A DNA stretch of 64,000 nucleotides. Origin: Octopus sinensis (lineage: Eukaryota). The position numbers were made by a program, and so were the translations under genes. The stretch spans positions 90,768,001-90,832,000 of the forward strand of contig NC_042999.1 in the NCBI RefSeq assembly GCF_006345805.1, given 5' to 3'. Below the pieces are notes generated by a model. The model saw only the letters and a list, made by a program, of their open reading frames with translations. It ran no database searches and had not been told where the DNA came from. The first letter of the stretch is position 1. Every line of letters starts with the position of its first letter. Shown one piece after another: positions 49,652 to 64,000 of the stretch.

Positions 49652-50536
49652 TACATAAAAAGATACATAAAACAGTAGAATGTGATTTCAGGGAAATTTG
49701 GTTGCTATTCTTTCAGAGCAAGCTACCAGTAGCTTTTCTATTCTTTCTTCGTATAGACATACATACATAAGATATTACGGTCGGCAATAAGAAAAAAAAA
49801 TCACGTCTATTTCTAGCAGGAAGAGGTCTCTCTTGTCGCATATACACATATTCGAGAATATATGACTTGAGGGAGATATGGCTGCCATTTTTAGCAGTTC
49901 GAAATATTCTGAATCTATCGTGATTTTGATACCCTTCCATTTTAATCACAACATATATAACGCGTTGTGAACAGATGAAAGACTGATGCGTTATATATGT
50001 TGACTTTGCAACGATTTAATCTCCGTATTTCCTAGTTTAAATATATTGTCTTAGAAAGAATCAACATTACTGTCATCAGAATTCATGTTAATTCTATCAC
50101 CTAAAATATAGTCTGCAGTTTCTTTTCCAATGGACAGAGTCCAGAAATATAATAAGTCTGCATTGTGAAATGATATTAAAATTACACTGCATTGGCCAAC
50201 TCGTATGATTATCGGAAAAACAGGACACGGAATATTTATATTAGATTTCTGGCAATATATTGTCATTTGTCCATTTCTTTCCTGTCTTTTCAATAATGTA
50301 GGCAACGTAATGGCAAAGTTTCGTTCAATAAATGAAGAAGAAAATTTGATGGTCCACTTAAATTACCGAGTTTTGTAAAAGAAGGATCGACTTAGAGTCT
50401 AGGTTTCGAGATCTTCTCTAGAAAGTTATAAATGTTACCAAATAACATTCTTCTTCGCCTGCGAATTTAGTTCTCTGTAAGAAAATACTGTTATGAGCAA
50501 CACATATTAACCGTTAACGAATAGTATAAAAAGGTC

Positions 50537-50579
<43 letters not shown>

Positions 50580-50585
50580 GTTATT

Positions 50586-50869
50586 CAGTAGTTTTATTTT
50601 TATAGCGTGCTTTCACTTCACTACCGAGCACAGCTCTGTGTGCCTTGGGTATGTGCTGTGATTTGTTGTGATGCTCTGATGGTTATTGTATGGAAAGTGT
50701 TCTGCGTAGGATGTGTGCAGTGCTATTAGGGTTCATTGCTGTATCCAAGTCTATATCTCTATTATTTTCCTTCCATATTTTATATGTATGTGTTGTTGTA
50801 TTTTCATTTTTTGGGTAGAATACTGCTGTGAAGTATGCGTGTAAGATAGAAATGTATTCCTCACGTGTC

Positions 50870-50870
<1 letters not shown>
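50586..50870 (-). mobile_element. Short Dong-like LINE 3' end in (TAA)n
   Basis: TAHILRRTLSIQ* plus the 3' UTR shared with 31276-31424; (TTA)n on both sides. Confidence 0.8.
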
Positions 50871-50930
<60 letters not shown>

Positions 50931-50931
<1 letters not shown>

Positions 50932-51950
50932 GTTTTTTTTCTTTCTTTCTTCAAATTTTCTTCCATTTCTCGCCAAGTGTTTTCCATGCACATAGGGCAG
51001 AGAAGTTCATTGTATGCATTCCCAGATTACACACGCAAATTCACACGCAAATATGTATTTAAAAAAATAAAAATAAATAAATTCATGAATGGATGTTGTT
51101 TTCATAGCGATAATACTCTTCTCAGTACATGAGCCGTTCCAGTTAAAACGATTTTTTGCACTTCCTGTAGGGATGGTAAGCCTGGTATTATTTTCAAATA
51201 GATTTCAGTATCTTTTTTTATAATTTCTAGAGATCCTACAATCACTGGTACTGTAGTCGCCTTGAGATGCCACATTTTTTCAATTACTATATTTACTGAT
51301 CTTGACGAATTCTTTCGCTGCTATATTGTGATCGCAAGGAATACTCATGTCAGTTAATAAACACATCCTTTTTGTCTGATCTTTGATAATAATATCCGTT
51401 TATTAGCTTTTATAGTGTTGCCGGTATGTACGGGGAAGTCCCAGAGAATCGACACATTTTCTCCCTCAGTCACAGCTTCAGGATGGTGTTTATACCATTT
51501 GTCAGCGGTTTTGATTTTATAATGCCGACATAATGTCCAGTGTAAATACTGGCCGATTCTGTCATGTCTTGCTTTATATTCTACAGGTGCTAAGACTCTA
51601 CACCCTGAGATTAGGTGGTCTATAGTTTTAATCTCATCGTTACAGAATCGGCATTTTGCGTCAGCTCCATTTTTTTTTATCACATTGGTTTGGTAGTTCC
51701 GGGTTAATAAGCTTTGGCCTTGAGCAGCTAATATGAAAACTTCACTCTCTACTTTTAGCCCTGAGCTTCGTAACCATCGATGCGTGAGTTTCTGGTCAAC
51801 ATCAGCTTGTGTGCTACAGGCCACATACTTGACATGCGGAGATTTCTGTTCCCATCTGCAAGCTAATTTTTCATGTGTTTTTGTCTTTGCAATTAATTTT
51901 ATTTTCTCTGCAGCAGCAGTTGGCGCATTTCCTTCAACCTGATCAATCTG
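50931..51950 (-). mobile_element. 5'-truncated R4/Dong-like LINE (CCHC knuckle, RLE, 3' UTR) inserted in (TAA)n
   Basis: ORF 51354-51824: WLRSSGLKVESEVFILAAQGQSLLTRNY..KCRFCNDEIKTIDHLISGC..RHD..ILWDFPV; after a frameshift NK.DIIIKD..LTDMSIPCD..KY..VPVIVGSL..GTAHVLRRVLSL*. (TTA)n at 50871-50930 and 51951-52133. Confidence 0.92.
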
Positions 51951-51954
51951 ATTA

Positions 51955-51989
<35 letters not shown>

Positions 51990-52005
51990 ATTATTATTAT
52001 TAACG

Positions 52006-52043
<38 letters not shown>

Positions 52044-52044
52044 G

Positions 52045-52104
<60 letters not shown>

Positions 52105-54699
52105 TATTATTATTATCATTATTATTATTATTGAAGTTTAATTAATTTTGGGTTATTTTGTTTATCCTTTATAGTTTATGGAATGGCTAGTTATACACTT
52201 GCTATTTGTATTTACTGCAGTTCTAAGGATAGTTACAGCTCTTCCGGCTTTCTCGGTTATGTGCTATATTGTTTGTTAACATCCAGTTTTCATGTATATG
52301 AAGATAACTACTTTCTTGGGTAGTTATAATTTGATGTGTCTCGTTTCTTATTTCAACTGTGTATTGACTTTCAGTGTCGTTGTGTTAACGTATCGCCTCG
52401 TGTGTTTCAGTCTTCGTACTTAATCTTGATCATACAACTGGCATATTTAACCGTGACCAAGCTTCTCCCTATCTGGTATGTTTAATCTAAGATTGAGTTA
52501 TCCACTATAGTCAAACATTTCGAAGACATTAAGGGGAAGTTTAGAGGAGATTAGCATCTATAAATAGCAGATCGAGCAACCAGTAGAAATATATTTGTTG
52601 GCTGAAAAATGAAATATATTTATTCAAAGTAGAGACGACCTACTAACACGTTCACGTGCTTATCTTCAATGGGAACAAATTTACATTTATTTATTTGAGA
52701 AAAGTTTTAGCGTTAACTGAATATCTGATATCTAACTTAGGCACACCAGGGTTACCGTCTTAAAAAGGAAGAAGAAATTTAAAATGCAGTTCTAGTTACA
52801 GAAAAAAGAAAGCAGATATTGATATAATTCGACCGCCTTCGGCCAAAGATCCGCTCGGTTAGGGTCGACCTAGCGTTAAATAAGACCAGCAACAGCCTCC
52901 CTGATAGTACCCCCATATAATGATGTCTACCCGATACCCATATTTATACTATCCGCGACTTTCTAATTTCAGTGTTTCCGCCAACTTATTTCGTGTTTTC
53001 TCCCTTCAATTTCTATTGTTTCAAGTTTTCGTAATTGTTCATCGTACAGTATATGACATAAAATTGTGTTAAGCCAAGCACATGAATATCCTTCTTGTTA
53101 TTCAAAGGTATCTTACTGAATTATTCTTCAAGAGATGTCCAGGTTCCGTGACTTAACTTCTCCTTATTTGTTAACCGAAAAAAAGTTACATTAATTTGAA
53201 TAAATTATTTTTACGGCCCCAAAAGACCATTGGAATTGCTCTTCTTTCTTAAATTAAATTAAACCAAATTTTTTATTACTCGCTAATACTATTTGTATTC
53301 TTAAAAAACAAAATCGGCTAAGGAAATTTTCCTTGAGTATATAAATGAAATTTTCGAAAATCATTCTTAATATCTTGAAATTATTCTTGTTTTTCTTTGA
53401 AAGTCGTTAAAACTTAAACTTAGGATTATGTTTAAGAGGGTGAGTTCATTTAATTGAAAGTCTTATTACATACATTTATGCTATTCTTGAGTTATTTAGA
53501 TAGCTTCTTTTAATTATTATTATTAATATATGAACAACCCATCGAAAATGAAAGAATAGAAGTAGGCTTTGACTGAGATCTATAATGAACTCAACGATTC
53601 ATAAGGTCAGAAATTAATCCGGTCTCCATAGGGCATAAATATTTGAGAGTTCAACACTCCTACTTTAACTGAACGCTGACCTGTCGTGGGTTAACTTTCC
53701 ATTTGTTGCTGATGAGTGAAACTGGAGCAACGTGAAATTAAATGTTTTGCTCAATAGCACAATGTCACAGTTGGTTAGTTGAAATTATAACTTGATGAGT
53801 GCAACACCGTAAAGACAAGGTTATGTGTATTTATAAAAAGAAAAGAAAGAAAGAAAATGTAAAGGATAAAATGACACTCCATATTCTCAATCTTTCCAAG
53901 TGGGATATAATATGAGCTGCAATAATATCCATTCTATTCTGAGGCATTATACAAAATTCATACCCTGACAACATTACATTAGGTCGCTTCCTTTCCTTCT
54001 CGGAATAAAGAATAGAGGTAAAGTGAAATACTATCTGTGTTGTATCGTAAATAAATAACATTTTAAGTACTGCTTCAATTTTGTAGCCCCGATGCGCGGC
54101 TGGATACATAATGCTTATATTTTATGTAGTATAGACTATACAGCCTCATAAACACAACAACGAAAGAGAATAAAGACACTGAAAAGACTAAACAACAATT
54201 TATAGGTGCAGAAAAACGATCATATAGAAATCTCACGCTTTCAGTGTAAATCAAATGTCTAACGTTTGGTTTAAATCAATATTATATAATGGATATTTAA
54301 ATGTGAAGATGTTCAAATATATTGTATCGTCAGAGATATATGATACTTGATAAAATAATACTTTAGTTCTCTCAATTGATGGTTTTTTTTTTAGGAAGAA
54401 GCATTTCCTTTCAACTTATCAACCAATTAAATGTGTTGTAACGGAAGAGAAATGAAATCAAAGAACATGAAATTAATTGCAAAAATACAATAGAGCAAAG
54501 AGTCGAGTGAAAATGACAATGGAAGCAAATGTCTGAAGAATAAAATCGAGAAAAAAGATATTACACAAATGAATAACGTGATAAATTCGTGTGGCAGGTT
54601 GAATTTATTAGTAACAAAAATCTAGAAATAATAGAACTTGAAATATTAAATTGAATTCACACACGCACACTCATACACACATACGCACACAAAGACAGT

Positions 54700-54782
54700 C
54701 ATACATACATACATACATACATACATACATACATACATACATACATACATACATACATACATACATACATACATACATACAT
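54700..54782. repeat. (TACA)n microsatellite
   Basis: Direct reading. Confidence 0.9.
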
Positions 54783-55554
54783 AGAAGCATATATACATGC
54801 ATGAGACATACATACATATAGACATGATGAAATGTTGATATGTACTGAAATCGGTTATAGATTAGTGTGGAAGTTATAACCAAACAAGTGGTACATCAGT
54901 AAAGAATTCCTTTTATAGTATTATCTGGTATGAAGTCTTCAGTTTCTTCTTCAGCAGTCATTATCTATTTTCTCTAATTCAGTACATATTAAACATATAC
55001 TCTTGCGTCATTTTATCCATACACTGTGACTTAATATCGGTTTCATTCCTCCTTAATTGGGTCTTGTTTTTCTTGAATTAAGTAGTCCTGACCTCTGACT
55101 GAGGGACAAGGCAAGAGATTTATTGGCGATAGAAATGAGATTAGATAATATTAGTGAATCGGCATCAAACATCAGAATAAAAGAAGTAACATAAAACATG
55201 CTTTCTATCGTTAAGTCTAATATACTTATTGTCATTTAGGATGGATGCCATTCATTTAGGTTTGGAAAAAGCTGGATTTTGCGATGTTCGTGTATTTTCT
55301 CCAGGATTTTAGCAGATTTATTGAATTTATATGAAAAGCAACCGAGGATCAAAAAATTATCACCTATATAATAGCGACTTTATTTTGTTAGTAGTAGCAG
55401 TTTTTTGTAGAAAGGAATATAGTCAGCTGAGTTGATAGTAAAAGTCATCTACTAGACCTACATCGAAATATTTCATTTGTTCATCATTTTTCTTAAGGGA
55501 GCTTTGTTTTCAATGAATATATAAACATTAGGTAAGCAACACCAGAAGATGTTA

Positions 55555-55855
55555 AAAGACATGCTTCCGGATTCAATCACACTGCGTGGCACTCCAGATG
55601 AATTTCTTCAGCTATAATCTCAGGTCGACTAAAGCCTTGAGTGTGTGTGTGTGTGTGTGTGTGCGTGCGTACATGTGTGTGCCTGCGCTCGTGCTGTTAC
55701 CTAACACCACTTGACAACCGGTGTTGACGCCCTCGCAACTAAGCGGTTCAAAAATTGAGACCGATAGAACAGATGTCAGGATTTATAAAAAAAATAAGTA
55801 CTGGGGTTAATTCGTTTAATTAAAATTCTTCACGGCTGTTCTCCAGTGAAACAAA
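55555..55855 (+). mobile_element. Degenerate family-C SINE
   Basis: CCGGATTCAATCACACTGCGTGGCAC..GGTCGACTAAAGCCTTG..ACCACTTGACAACCGGTG..GAGACCGATAGAA. Confidence 0.65.
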
Positions 55856-56038
55856 TAAAACAAAATATACAAAACAAATTAAATTTTAAAAAATACTGTT
55901 AAGATAAACTAAAAACTAAAGAACTAATGATGTTAGTAGACGATAATTACCCAAATGCCTTTTAATTTTTAACTGTTTAATCTATATTATATGAATTTAT
56001 AAACACACACGAACGCACACGAATAAACACAATAACGC

Positions 56039-56088
56039 ACACAAATAAACACACACGAACGCATACGTTCGTGTGTGTTTATTTGTGT
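56039..56088. repeat. Perfect 23-bp hairpin with 4-nt loop
   Basis: ACACAAATAAACACACACGAACG-CATA-CGTTCGTGTGTGTTTATTTGTGT. Confidence 0.9.
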
Positions 56089-57619
56089 TTGTGTGTGTGT
56101 GTGTGTTATGGGATGTTCAGGTAGAGGGAATGTTTTAGGTTCCGGCAGCAGCATTCTACATGTTTATTGAATACCTGACCATCACGTTTGGTCACGAGAT
56201 TGTTTTCAGTCACACTCCGCTAAGTGTTACTCCCGATAGATTAAACTTAAAGAGAGTCTAGTGCAAATAACAAATAACATTACTCCGGTCTACTGGTATA
56301 CCATAATGCCATTCAGTAAAAACATAAAATACCAGATAGGTCGAAACCTAGAAAATTAATGATTACTTTCTCCATTTCCAATCCCAGACATTTAGGTTCA
56401 CATGTTCAGAGAAACAGAAACATTATAATGGATTACGAATGAATCTTATTGAATTAGTGAAGAGACAAATGGGAACCTATTTATGTTTTCTTCACATGCA
56501 TGAGAGCAGCTGAACAAGTCAACGGGGAAAAAATTATCAATTTTATACTGCAGCTGCTGATACTTCTAATCGAATCCACTTCACATTCAACTAAATTTTG
56601 TTCAGCTAAGACTACATAACATAGTTTGTAACTTTATCGTATATTGAAAGGTCAGAATAAGTGCATTGTTCTTGCATTAGATTACATCGCATCAGCTGCT
56701 ACGGTCGTTGGAGGAGCTGTATCTTCATCCTTTGAGTGACATTTTGACTGTTAATTTCACTTCTCAGTCTATTAAAGTATTTCCACTTTATTATTGGGGA
56801 AAATAGAATAGTGGTTTCCCGTTGCTTTCTGCCAGTTTATTTAGAGTTTACGCTGCTAGTCTCCTGCTCTCTGATGAACAGTACCTATTTAACATTTAAT
56901 CAGGGGCATGGTTCACCTGACATTCAGGCAAGTCCTCAAATATTTGTGGCACATTACAAGGGATAAGGACTATTCCGTGTCCTATATGCTTTGCCATTGG
57001 AACAACTATTTGACTCATAATTGGGGATCTTTGACGAGCACTATCACAGCGGAATAGAACGAACATGACAGTAGTTGGGAATAAGGTGTATCTCAATTTT
57101 CTTCCAAACTCCAGAAGATCTAAGGTCTCACAACTCCTTGTAATTTAATGTTTTGCCCAGGAAAATAAATACATACATCCAATCATACACGCATGCTAGC
57201 ATACATACGCACATACAAATCTACAAACATATACTTGCATACATACGTACATACAGACACAATAATGGTGTTGAAGTTAGTCAAGTCAGCATTCTTCTTC
57301 TTATAATGAATGACATCCCCTAAAATTTGCTCTTAATATGGAAATGAAAACAATGTGTCTCTTTTTTTTTTAAATAAACGTGAAGAGGCACTTTATTATA
57401 GAAGATCGTAGCAGAAATCAAGAGTAGAAAATTATCTGAAAGTCAACTTGCCGGATTACTACCACATATATCATAGACACACACACTCACGCACAGACCC
57501 CCCCCCCACACACCCAAACATTATATGCATATATTTAGTGTGTCTGGCTATCTGATTATATGCATGTATCTAACGATCTCCATTCACATCAGTCTATGTA
57601 TCCTTCATATTTCATCCAA

Positions 57620-57620
57620 C

Positions 57621-57654
<34 letters not shown>

Positions 57655-57698
57655 TGTATGTATGTATGTATGTATATATATGTACGTATGTATATATA

Positions 57699-57766
<68 letters not shown>

Positions 57767-57777
57767 CATATAGATAA

Positions 57778-57831
<54 letters not shown>

Positions 57832-57832
57832 G
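57620..57832. repeat. Compound (TATG)n(TA)n(GA)n(GATA)n microsatellite
   Basis: Direct reading. Confidence 0.92.
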
Positions 57833-58699
57833 CAAGCACACATTTATAGATAACGAGATCGATACGTATGTTAATTGATTAATAGGTATGCCTGTGGCTG
57901 GATAACAGTTAGGATGTAGGAAAAATCTAGAGGTAGACGTTTAAAAGATTTCTATCCTCTGGGGATATACTTATAAACGAGGAAAATATATTTATTGGAA
58001 AAGTGGCTGACTTGGGTGCACTGACTGTGGTGTTAGTAGTGAAAGCATTGCAGCAGCAGTGAGAGTGGCCACTTTAGTTTTGATGCTATTGTTGTCATTA
58101 ATGGTAATGGTGATGATTGTTCCTTGGAATTACTAAGTAGCTTAACTCCCAAGGTGAATTTTGAATTAAAAAACGACGATGAAAATGGAATTTTGGTAAT
58201 ATTTTTAGATTTCTTAACAAAAAAATTGTTTGCTAAAAATAGAGATGTACACTGTTTAACCTTTACAACAATCAATCGTGCAAACTTCTCTGAACTCATT
58301 TTATTTTATGTATTCCGACCACCCTCTATAAAAGATTCCATCCAAAGCATTTATTTCAATTTCAGTATTCAATCTCTTTTGTGATTTCTTTGCAATTTAA
58401 TGTATCAACACATGTTGAACATGATGATAGAAACTCGATGGCTGAATTAGATTAAGAATTAAGACTGCTTTCCATAGATAATGAGTTCAAATACATTAAA
58501 AATATTCCATAACACTTCTAGACAGAACACTTTATTGCTATAAAGTAAAAGAGAACATATATATTGATATTTTTGTAACCAATAATGTGTTACGTCGATT
58601 GAAAACAATGCCTCTACAGCATGCTCGTGGACAGAAAATGAGGGAACTCTTCGACTCCTGTGCTCGTTTATTGATACAAAGTGTCTCTAGTTTGAAGAA

Positions 58700-60480
58700 T
58701 GTGTAATATTATCAAACGCTTTTTGGTAATCAATTCATACCATATTAAAATTTGTTTCTGTAAAACTTTTGTATTCTATAACAGTCAGATTCATCAATAG
58801 CCACCCCTTGTAACTCTCTCCGACACCTTTCTGTTTTTACAGTAGGTATTATTGTTCTCTTGCAGAAGAGTCAGACTGTTGTGCATGAATAGCTTTGTAA
58901 ATTGTTGGCACTTCCCCCCCAGAAAATATTGTCTTATAGTTTTGTGAATGTCCGCAGTTACTTTTGCGTTTACGAAATTATGATTGTTTCTCGTTAATTA
59001 ACCATCTAGACATTTATTCAGGTGGAATTATCAGTTAATTGAATGCTTCTATTACAAACTTGTGAGTACTGGTCAAGAACTTCATTTAGTTAATCGCGAG
59101 AGTTCTCACGTCGTTTGCAGCCTTTAAAGTATCGGTACACGCCCTTGCCGGCTCCAGAGGGCGTTGCTTGTGACACTTTAATTTTTTTATATGGTTTCTC
59201 ACTCATTGTGATTGTTTAATTGTTTACTCATTCTGCTGAACATTTTTGTTTCGGATTTCGTTCCACTTGGCTTGAATTGCGTTCATGCAGTTTATTCTAT
59301 GATATATGACTTCTTTTGATGTTCCGTTTAAAATTCAATTCAGTTAACTTCTCATTGAAGCTTATATATTTCTAAGTCTTATTCTGCATACTTCTGCGAA
59401 CAATGTCTGCTTAAGTCTTCCCTTTGATTTTAAAGTGTATCCTCTGTATATTGATGCTATATATATAATTATTTCGATCCTTTTTATCTTTTTCATATTG
59501 GACTCTTTCTTTTTCCTGCCCTCCAGTTATATGTAGTTTATTTTAAGACCAATTTGTTAATTTTTTGCCGAATACAGTTATATACTGTAATAAGGCAAAA
59601 CTTGCTTTCCCTTAATATTAACCTGCTGTTGAGTAGAATAGATCATTTATGCCATTCTTATTGTTCATTTTGCTTAGCTCAACCCTGATTAATTAGATAT
59701 ACGATCAAATCTGTTCCAGTTGATCATCTTTTTGAAGATATAGTTTTGGTGTAGCTGGTGGAATGTTTGAATTAGAATGACTTTAGACATTGACTCCAGC
59801 TTTCGCTGAATGAATTCAAATCCGATGGCAATGTTTCTTTCATGTTTTTCGACAGTTCATTGGAATCTGCATTGGTTTAACTTACTTAGATATAATAATC
59901 ATATAATAGTATAAAGATGGAGTTTGTTTCTTCTGTAGTATTTAAAGATTAGACTGCCATAGTTGATATCTTACATATTAATCTTTGAATATCACGAAAA
60001 GAAGTTTATAACTACATCAGTAAATAGCGACGGTATAGCAACTATTTACGTCTTAACAGCTTATCAGATATTCTGATCCCTGGTAGTTGTTGGTTTTATT
60101 AAAATGTAATACGTGCTTGCCAGTATTATAAATAATAATCAATATTACATTGATCGATATTACTTTTTCAATTTGCAAGTTTCACCAAATTCTTTTCATT
60201 TCGTATCTCATTAAATTCACTTGATTTTTATGTTGAGGCCAAATTTGTTCCAAAGAACTCAAAGATGTACACGTCTATAGATCTAAAGGAATAATAGTTA
60301 TTCCCTGGCAGAATTTCCACCACTTTGCATAGATTGCTGATTGAATCCTTTCCAAATATGCATTTGAAGAGCCCTGTATTAACTCTAGTCATATCGATCA
60401 ATAGATCTTGTATAATTTTGTTTGTTTGGCCTGATGTTGTTTTGATTGTATTAAATGTATTGATTAAATACTTTATTTCG
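58700..60480 (-). pseudogene. Very old R4/Dong-like RT remnant
   Basis: Scattered minus-strand motif echoes in the right order and spacing: IDVYI (~YMDDLK) about 31 aa before EFGETCK (~EFGLDKC); VAIPSL (~FAIPVL); PKLYLQK (~RLYLPRK); RCRR..IDESDC (~KCRLC..DHI.SGC). Confidence 0.4.
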
Positions 60481-61303
60481 TTCTACTCCTACATAGAATA
60501 TTTTCTTATTTCTTGAGAAAGATAGACTAACTGTATTGGAAATAACAACGTAAAAGTTCAGAAACCTTTATAAAAAGATTAAGAACTAAAGACTAAGAGG
60601 ATAACAGGAAATGGAAAAGAAGGAAAGTAAATATGCGCTCGAATAATGTGCAAATTAAAATAGTATAAAGTTGTCTTCACAAACTCATAAGACTGGATGC
60701 TGAATAAGTTGCAGTTATTTATAAATAAATAGTAAAAAATATAAAAAGCAAAGCGTATATCTGATAGTAGTCAGTTATAAAGTATATTAGATATATATAG
60801 AGAGAAGACGAGTGGTGGAAAAATTGAGAATTACAGAGAAGAAAAGAAATCAAGGAATGAATGAATAGAGTGGCAACTATTCAAAGATTACTAGAAATAC
60901 ATAAGTATTTTCTGACGCTGTGAGCCATTCGTGCCAATTGGCTAAGTGATCCAGACGAACAGGTCTGCAGTCAAGATTGCTTCCGAGAGGATGTAAGTTT
61001 GGCAAGATATCTCAATAACAACTCCATTTTCTGGTATTTCTTCAACAGTTTTTTTTTCCAGTAAAGGTATTCCCAGTACGAAGGCAAATGCATTCCAATT
61101 GAAAGCGTTTTATAAAAGCTCTTTTGTGAATAATGCAATAAATGCTTTCAAACTATCAAATATATTCGATATGCTATGATATTTGTATAGATATGCTCAA
61201 GGTATTGGTAACTATGTTGCTAAATTGACAATATATATATATAAATATATACGCGCGCGCGTGTGCGCGTGTGCGTCCGTCTGTGTGTGAGCGTACGCGC
61301 GTG

Positions 61304-61518
61304 TGTAGACGCATGGCGTAGTGGATAGGGTCTTTTACTCATGACCTTAAAATTGTGGTTTTGATTCCTGTATTTGATTCCGTTGAGTTGTATTCTTCAC
61401 GTTGCTCCAAGAATTAGTAACCCTGTTACAAAGCGGTGTACTGTCCAGAGATGCTGGAATATATACGCTACAGAACCCAGGGAATCAGCCTTATGAGCCT
61501 ACGGCTCGGAAAGGACCT
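61304..61518 (+). mobile_element. Degenerate family-B SINE
   Basis: GTAGACGCATGGCGTAGTGG..TTGATTCCTG..TTCACGTTGCTCCA..ATATATACGCTACAGAACC. Confidence 0.7.
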
Positions 61519-62339
61519 TTGATCCACCCAAGATGTTTTTGAAATATCGAGTTAAAAAAGCTTTCGACTTATTTTATATAAAGTAATATTTTCAAGTCAA
61601 TTTGCATATTATTATTTATAGGTTTATCAAGTTCGAATTTCTGTGTTCTAAAAAAGATTTATTTCGTGTTCTCGAAGTTTTTCAATGCGTACTTAAAAGT
61701 AATTTTAACGACTTTAGGAATAACTAACATCCAATATAATAATTCATATTTCAGAATTGGTTGTTTTCATCATAAGCAGACATTGAGAAAAAAATGATTT
61801 GATAGCTACTAAGTGGTTCTAACTGAATTCTATATGTACATGGCAAATGGCTTATTTTCTGGTAAAGTGCATTTGTATACGCATGCGTGCTTTTCTGTAT
61901 GTGCGAGAATGTATGCATTTCAATGTGTGTGAACGCGTGTGTGTACGCATGTGCGTGAGTATCTGTGTGTGTTTGCGTATGTGCGTGTCCGTATTTGTGT
62001 GTGTTTGTGTGCGTGTATGTGCGCGTGGGCATGCGCGTGTGCGTCTCACGCTAGGATTTATGCCTGTGTCTGTATTGTTTCAGAGGATGTATTATTGGAG
62101 AGGATGTATTAGTGAGAAAAATATTAATTATATTTATTTATATGTGTCAAGTTATTCTATTTCTCTCACTGCCACCCTCTCTTTCTATCATTCTATCTAT
62201 CTTTATTTTCCTGTCTATCTATGTGTGTGGGTGAGCATATGTGTGTGTTTGTGTATGTCTGGTACATGAATAAACTTGTATCAAACATAACTATTCCATG
62301 CATGAATTTTGTATATGTTTATGGATATGTATATATGGA

Positions 62340-62364
62340 CACAGACACATACACAAACACATGC

Positions 62365-62395
<31 letters not shown>

Positions 62396-62447
62396 ATATA
62401 CATATATGCACACTTCCATATACATACATACATATATGTGTATATTC

Positions 62448-62518
<71 letters not shown>

Positions 62519-62566
62519 TATATGTATAGGTAAGTATGTATGAAACATACATACATATATGTGTAT

Positions 62567-62631
<65 letters not shown>

Positions 62632-62645
62632 ATATATATATATTG
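62340..62645. repeat. (TA)n/(TACA)n tract
   Basis: Direct reading. Confidence 0.9.
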
Positions 62646-63185
62646 ATGTGTTTGTGTGTATATGAGTCCATATGTGTTGTATACATGCATATGTATAAGA
62701 AAAAAGTGGCAAAAAGAAATATTCTCTTGAAAATATCCGGATGGACACAGAACGTCTGAAAGCGCACCACATCTGACTTCGTTGACATTTCACAAACACT
62801 CACTTACTTGCTTTTTGCAATTGATTTAATGCCAACGATTCATTTAATGAGGCTTCAGTAATGATGGAAAATTGATCTCAGAACGCAAGTAGCCTAAATA
62901 CATATCGAAAGGCATCTCCGTCTTATGGTTTAACAGTTAAAGATGCACGCATCATTCTGGTTTCTTATTAATTCACTCCCGAAAAGATGCAGCAGGCTTG
63001 ATAATTGTTGAGAGATTTCTCTCGACATGAAACGAACTGTAGCCTTGTTAACCCACAAAAAAAAAACATGATCCACGAATGTGGCGTTGAGCACTCATTC
63101 ACTCTATTCGATATCAACGTTTGTATATATATAACGTTTGTCCAATGCCCTCAAGACTCAGCCGGCTCACCACTTAATAATAATA

Positions 63186-63235
<50 letters not shown>

Positions 63236-64000
63236 GGTTTTTCAAACATAAACACAAGGCTTGAAAAGTTGTGAGATGGTATTTGTCAGTACCACCAACC
63301 ATCAACACCCTTGAAAAGAAAAAAAAAAAAAAAAAAAAAAAAAATTTTTTTTTAAAGGTTACTCAACCATTTTACCATTTTAGAATTTCGTTTCATACCA
63401 CCACCCTCCACACACAACCACCTTCTCATCAGATTTCACTAATATATATATATGATGGACTCTCCCGTTCGTCAATTTCTTCCCGAACAACCGCACAGAA
63501 GATTGGTTTGTGTAGACATAAGCTCACTCCCTCCATCAGATCGACAGATGCAGCGGGTGCCACATGTCAGATGCCGAAATGATCGCAGAACAACGTGAAT
63601 ATGAAGTGCTTTGCTCAAGAACACTAAGTCATGCGCCTTCACACGCACCCATTTCCCCCCACACACATTGTAATGTTGATAATATTCTCTATAAGTACCC
63701 GAAGTTTTTTTCTGATCAGCGATTGTTGGCAAATGACAGATATGAACCTCACCACTACATCAAATATTTATACACATGTTCCGTACTGGGTATTTCTACT
63801 TTTGGTTCTAAATTTAAACGTGAATACATACACCGATACTTACAAGCTATGTGTATTACATACATGTGTGTGGGGTGGATGGGGGGTGTATGTGTCTGAG
63901 TATGAATGTGTATAGGGTGGTACGTAACATTATCGATCCGGTCAACAATTTTTAGGAAAAACTGGCTGAGACAAATGAGTTCCTTGCTGGAAAGTAACCT

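Noticed and set aside
50051-50305. 84-aa ORF as a host exon
   Set aside because: No recognisable domain or convincing splice signals.
53708-53740. CTGATGA-GT-GAAAC
   Set aside because: No stem II; the sequence is a family-B SINE fragment in reverse.
54914-54934. miR-277-like ATTATCTGGTATG
   Set aside because: Seed region does not match and there is no hairpin.
56661-56682. miR-33-like 5' sequence GTGCATTGTTCTTGCATT
   Set aside because: No complementary 3' arm, so no hairpin; likely chance.

Overview
AT-rich, microsatellite-dense eukaryotic DNA. The SINE families match what I recall from Octopus (coleoid cephalopod); this is recognition from memory, not a database match. I found no supportable host protein-coding exon, tRNA, rRNA or CRISPR array, so the window reads as intronic or intergenic. 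Most of the supplied ORFs are translated microsatellites. The real coding remnants are all decayed transposon fragments: RTE LINEs (3.9-4.6 kb, 7.6-9.1 kb), R4/Dong-like LINEs (17.3-18.6, 50.6-52.0, 58.7-60.5 kb), a HERO-like LINE (24.8-26.6 kb), Penelope-like (PLE) RT/GIY-YIG pieces, and four IS630/Tc1/mariner transposases (rosa-like, maT DD37D, Tc1, mariner). There are also three tRNA-derived SINE families and several MITEs. The most notable signal is a set of hammerhead ribozyme (HHR) motifs. Two are complete type I folds with intact cores and unusually long stem II (22804-22906 +, 40688-40780 -), and several are minimal or degenerate copies in PLE termini. Other notable structures are a 3.4-copy ~865 bp tandem array, a 145 bp near-perfect inverted repeat, several long hairpins, and nested retroelements sitting in (TAA)n microsatellites.
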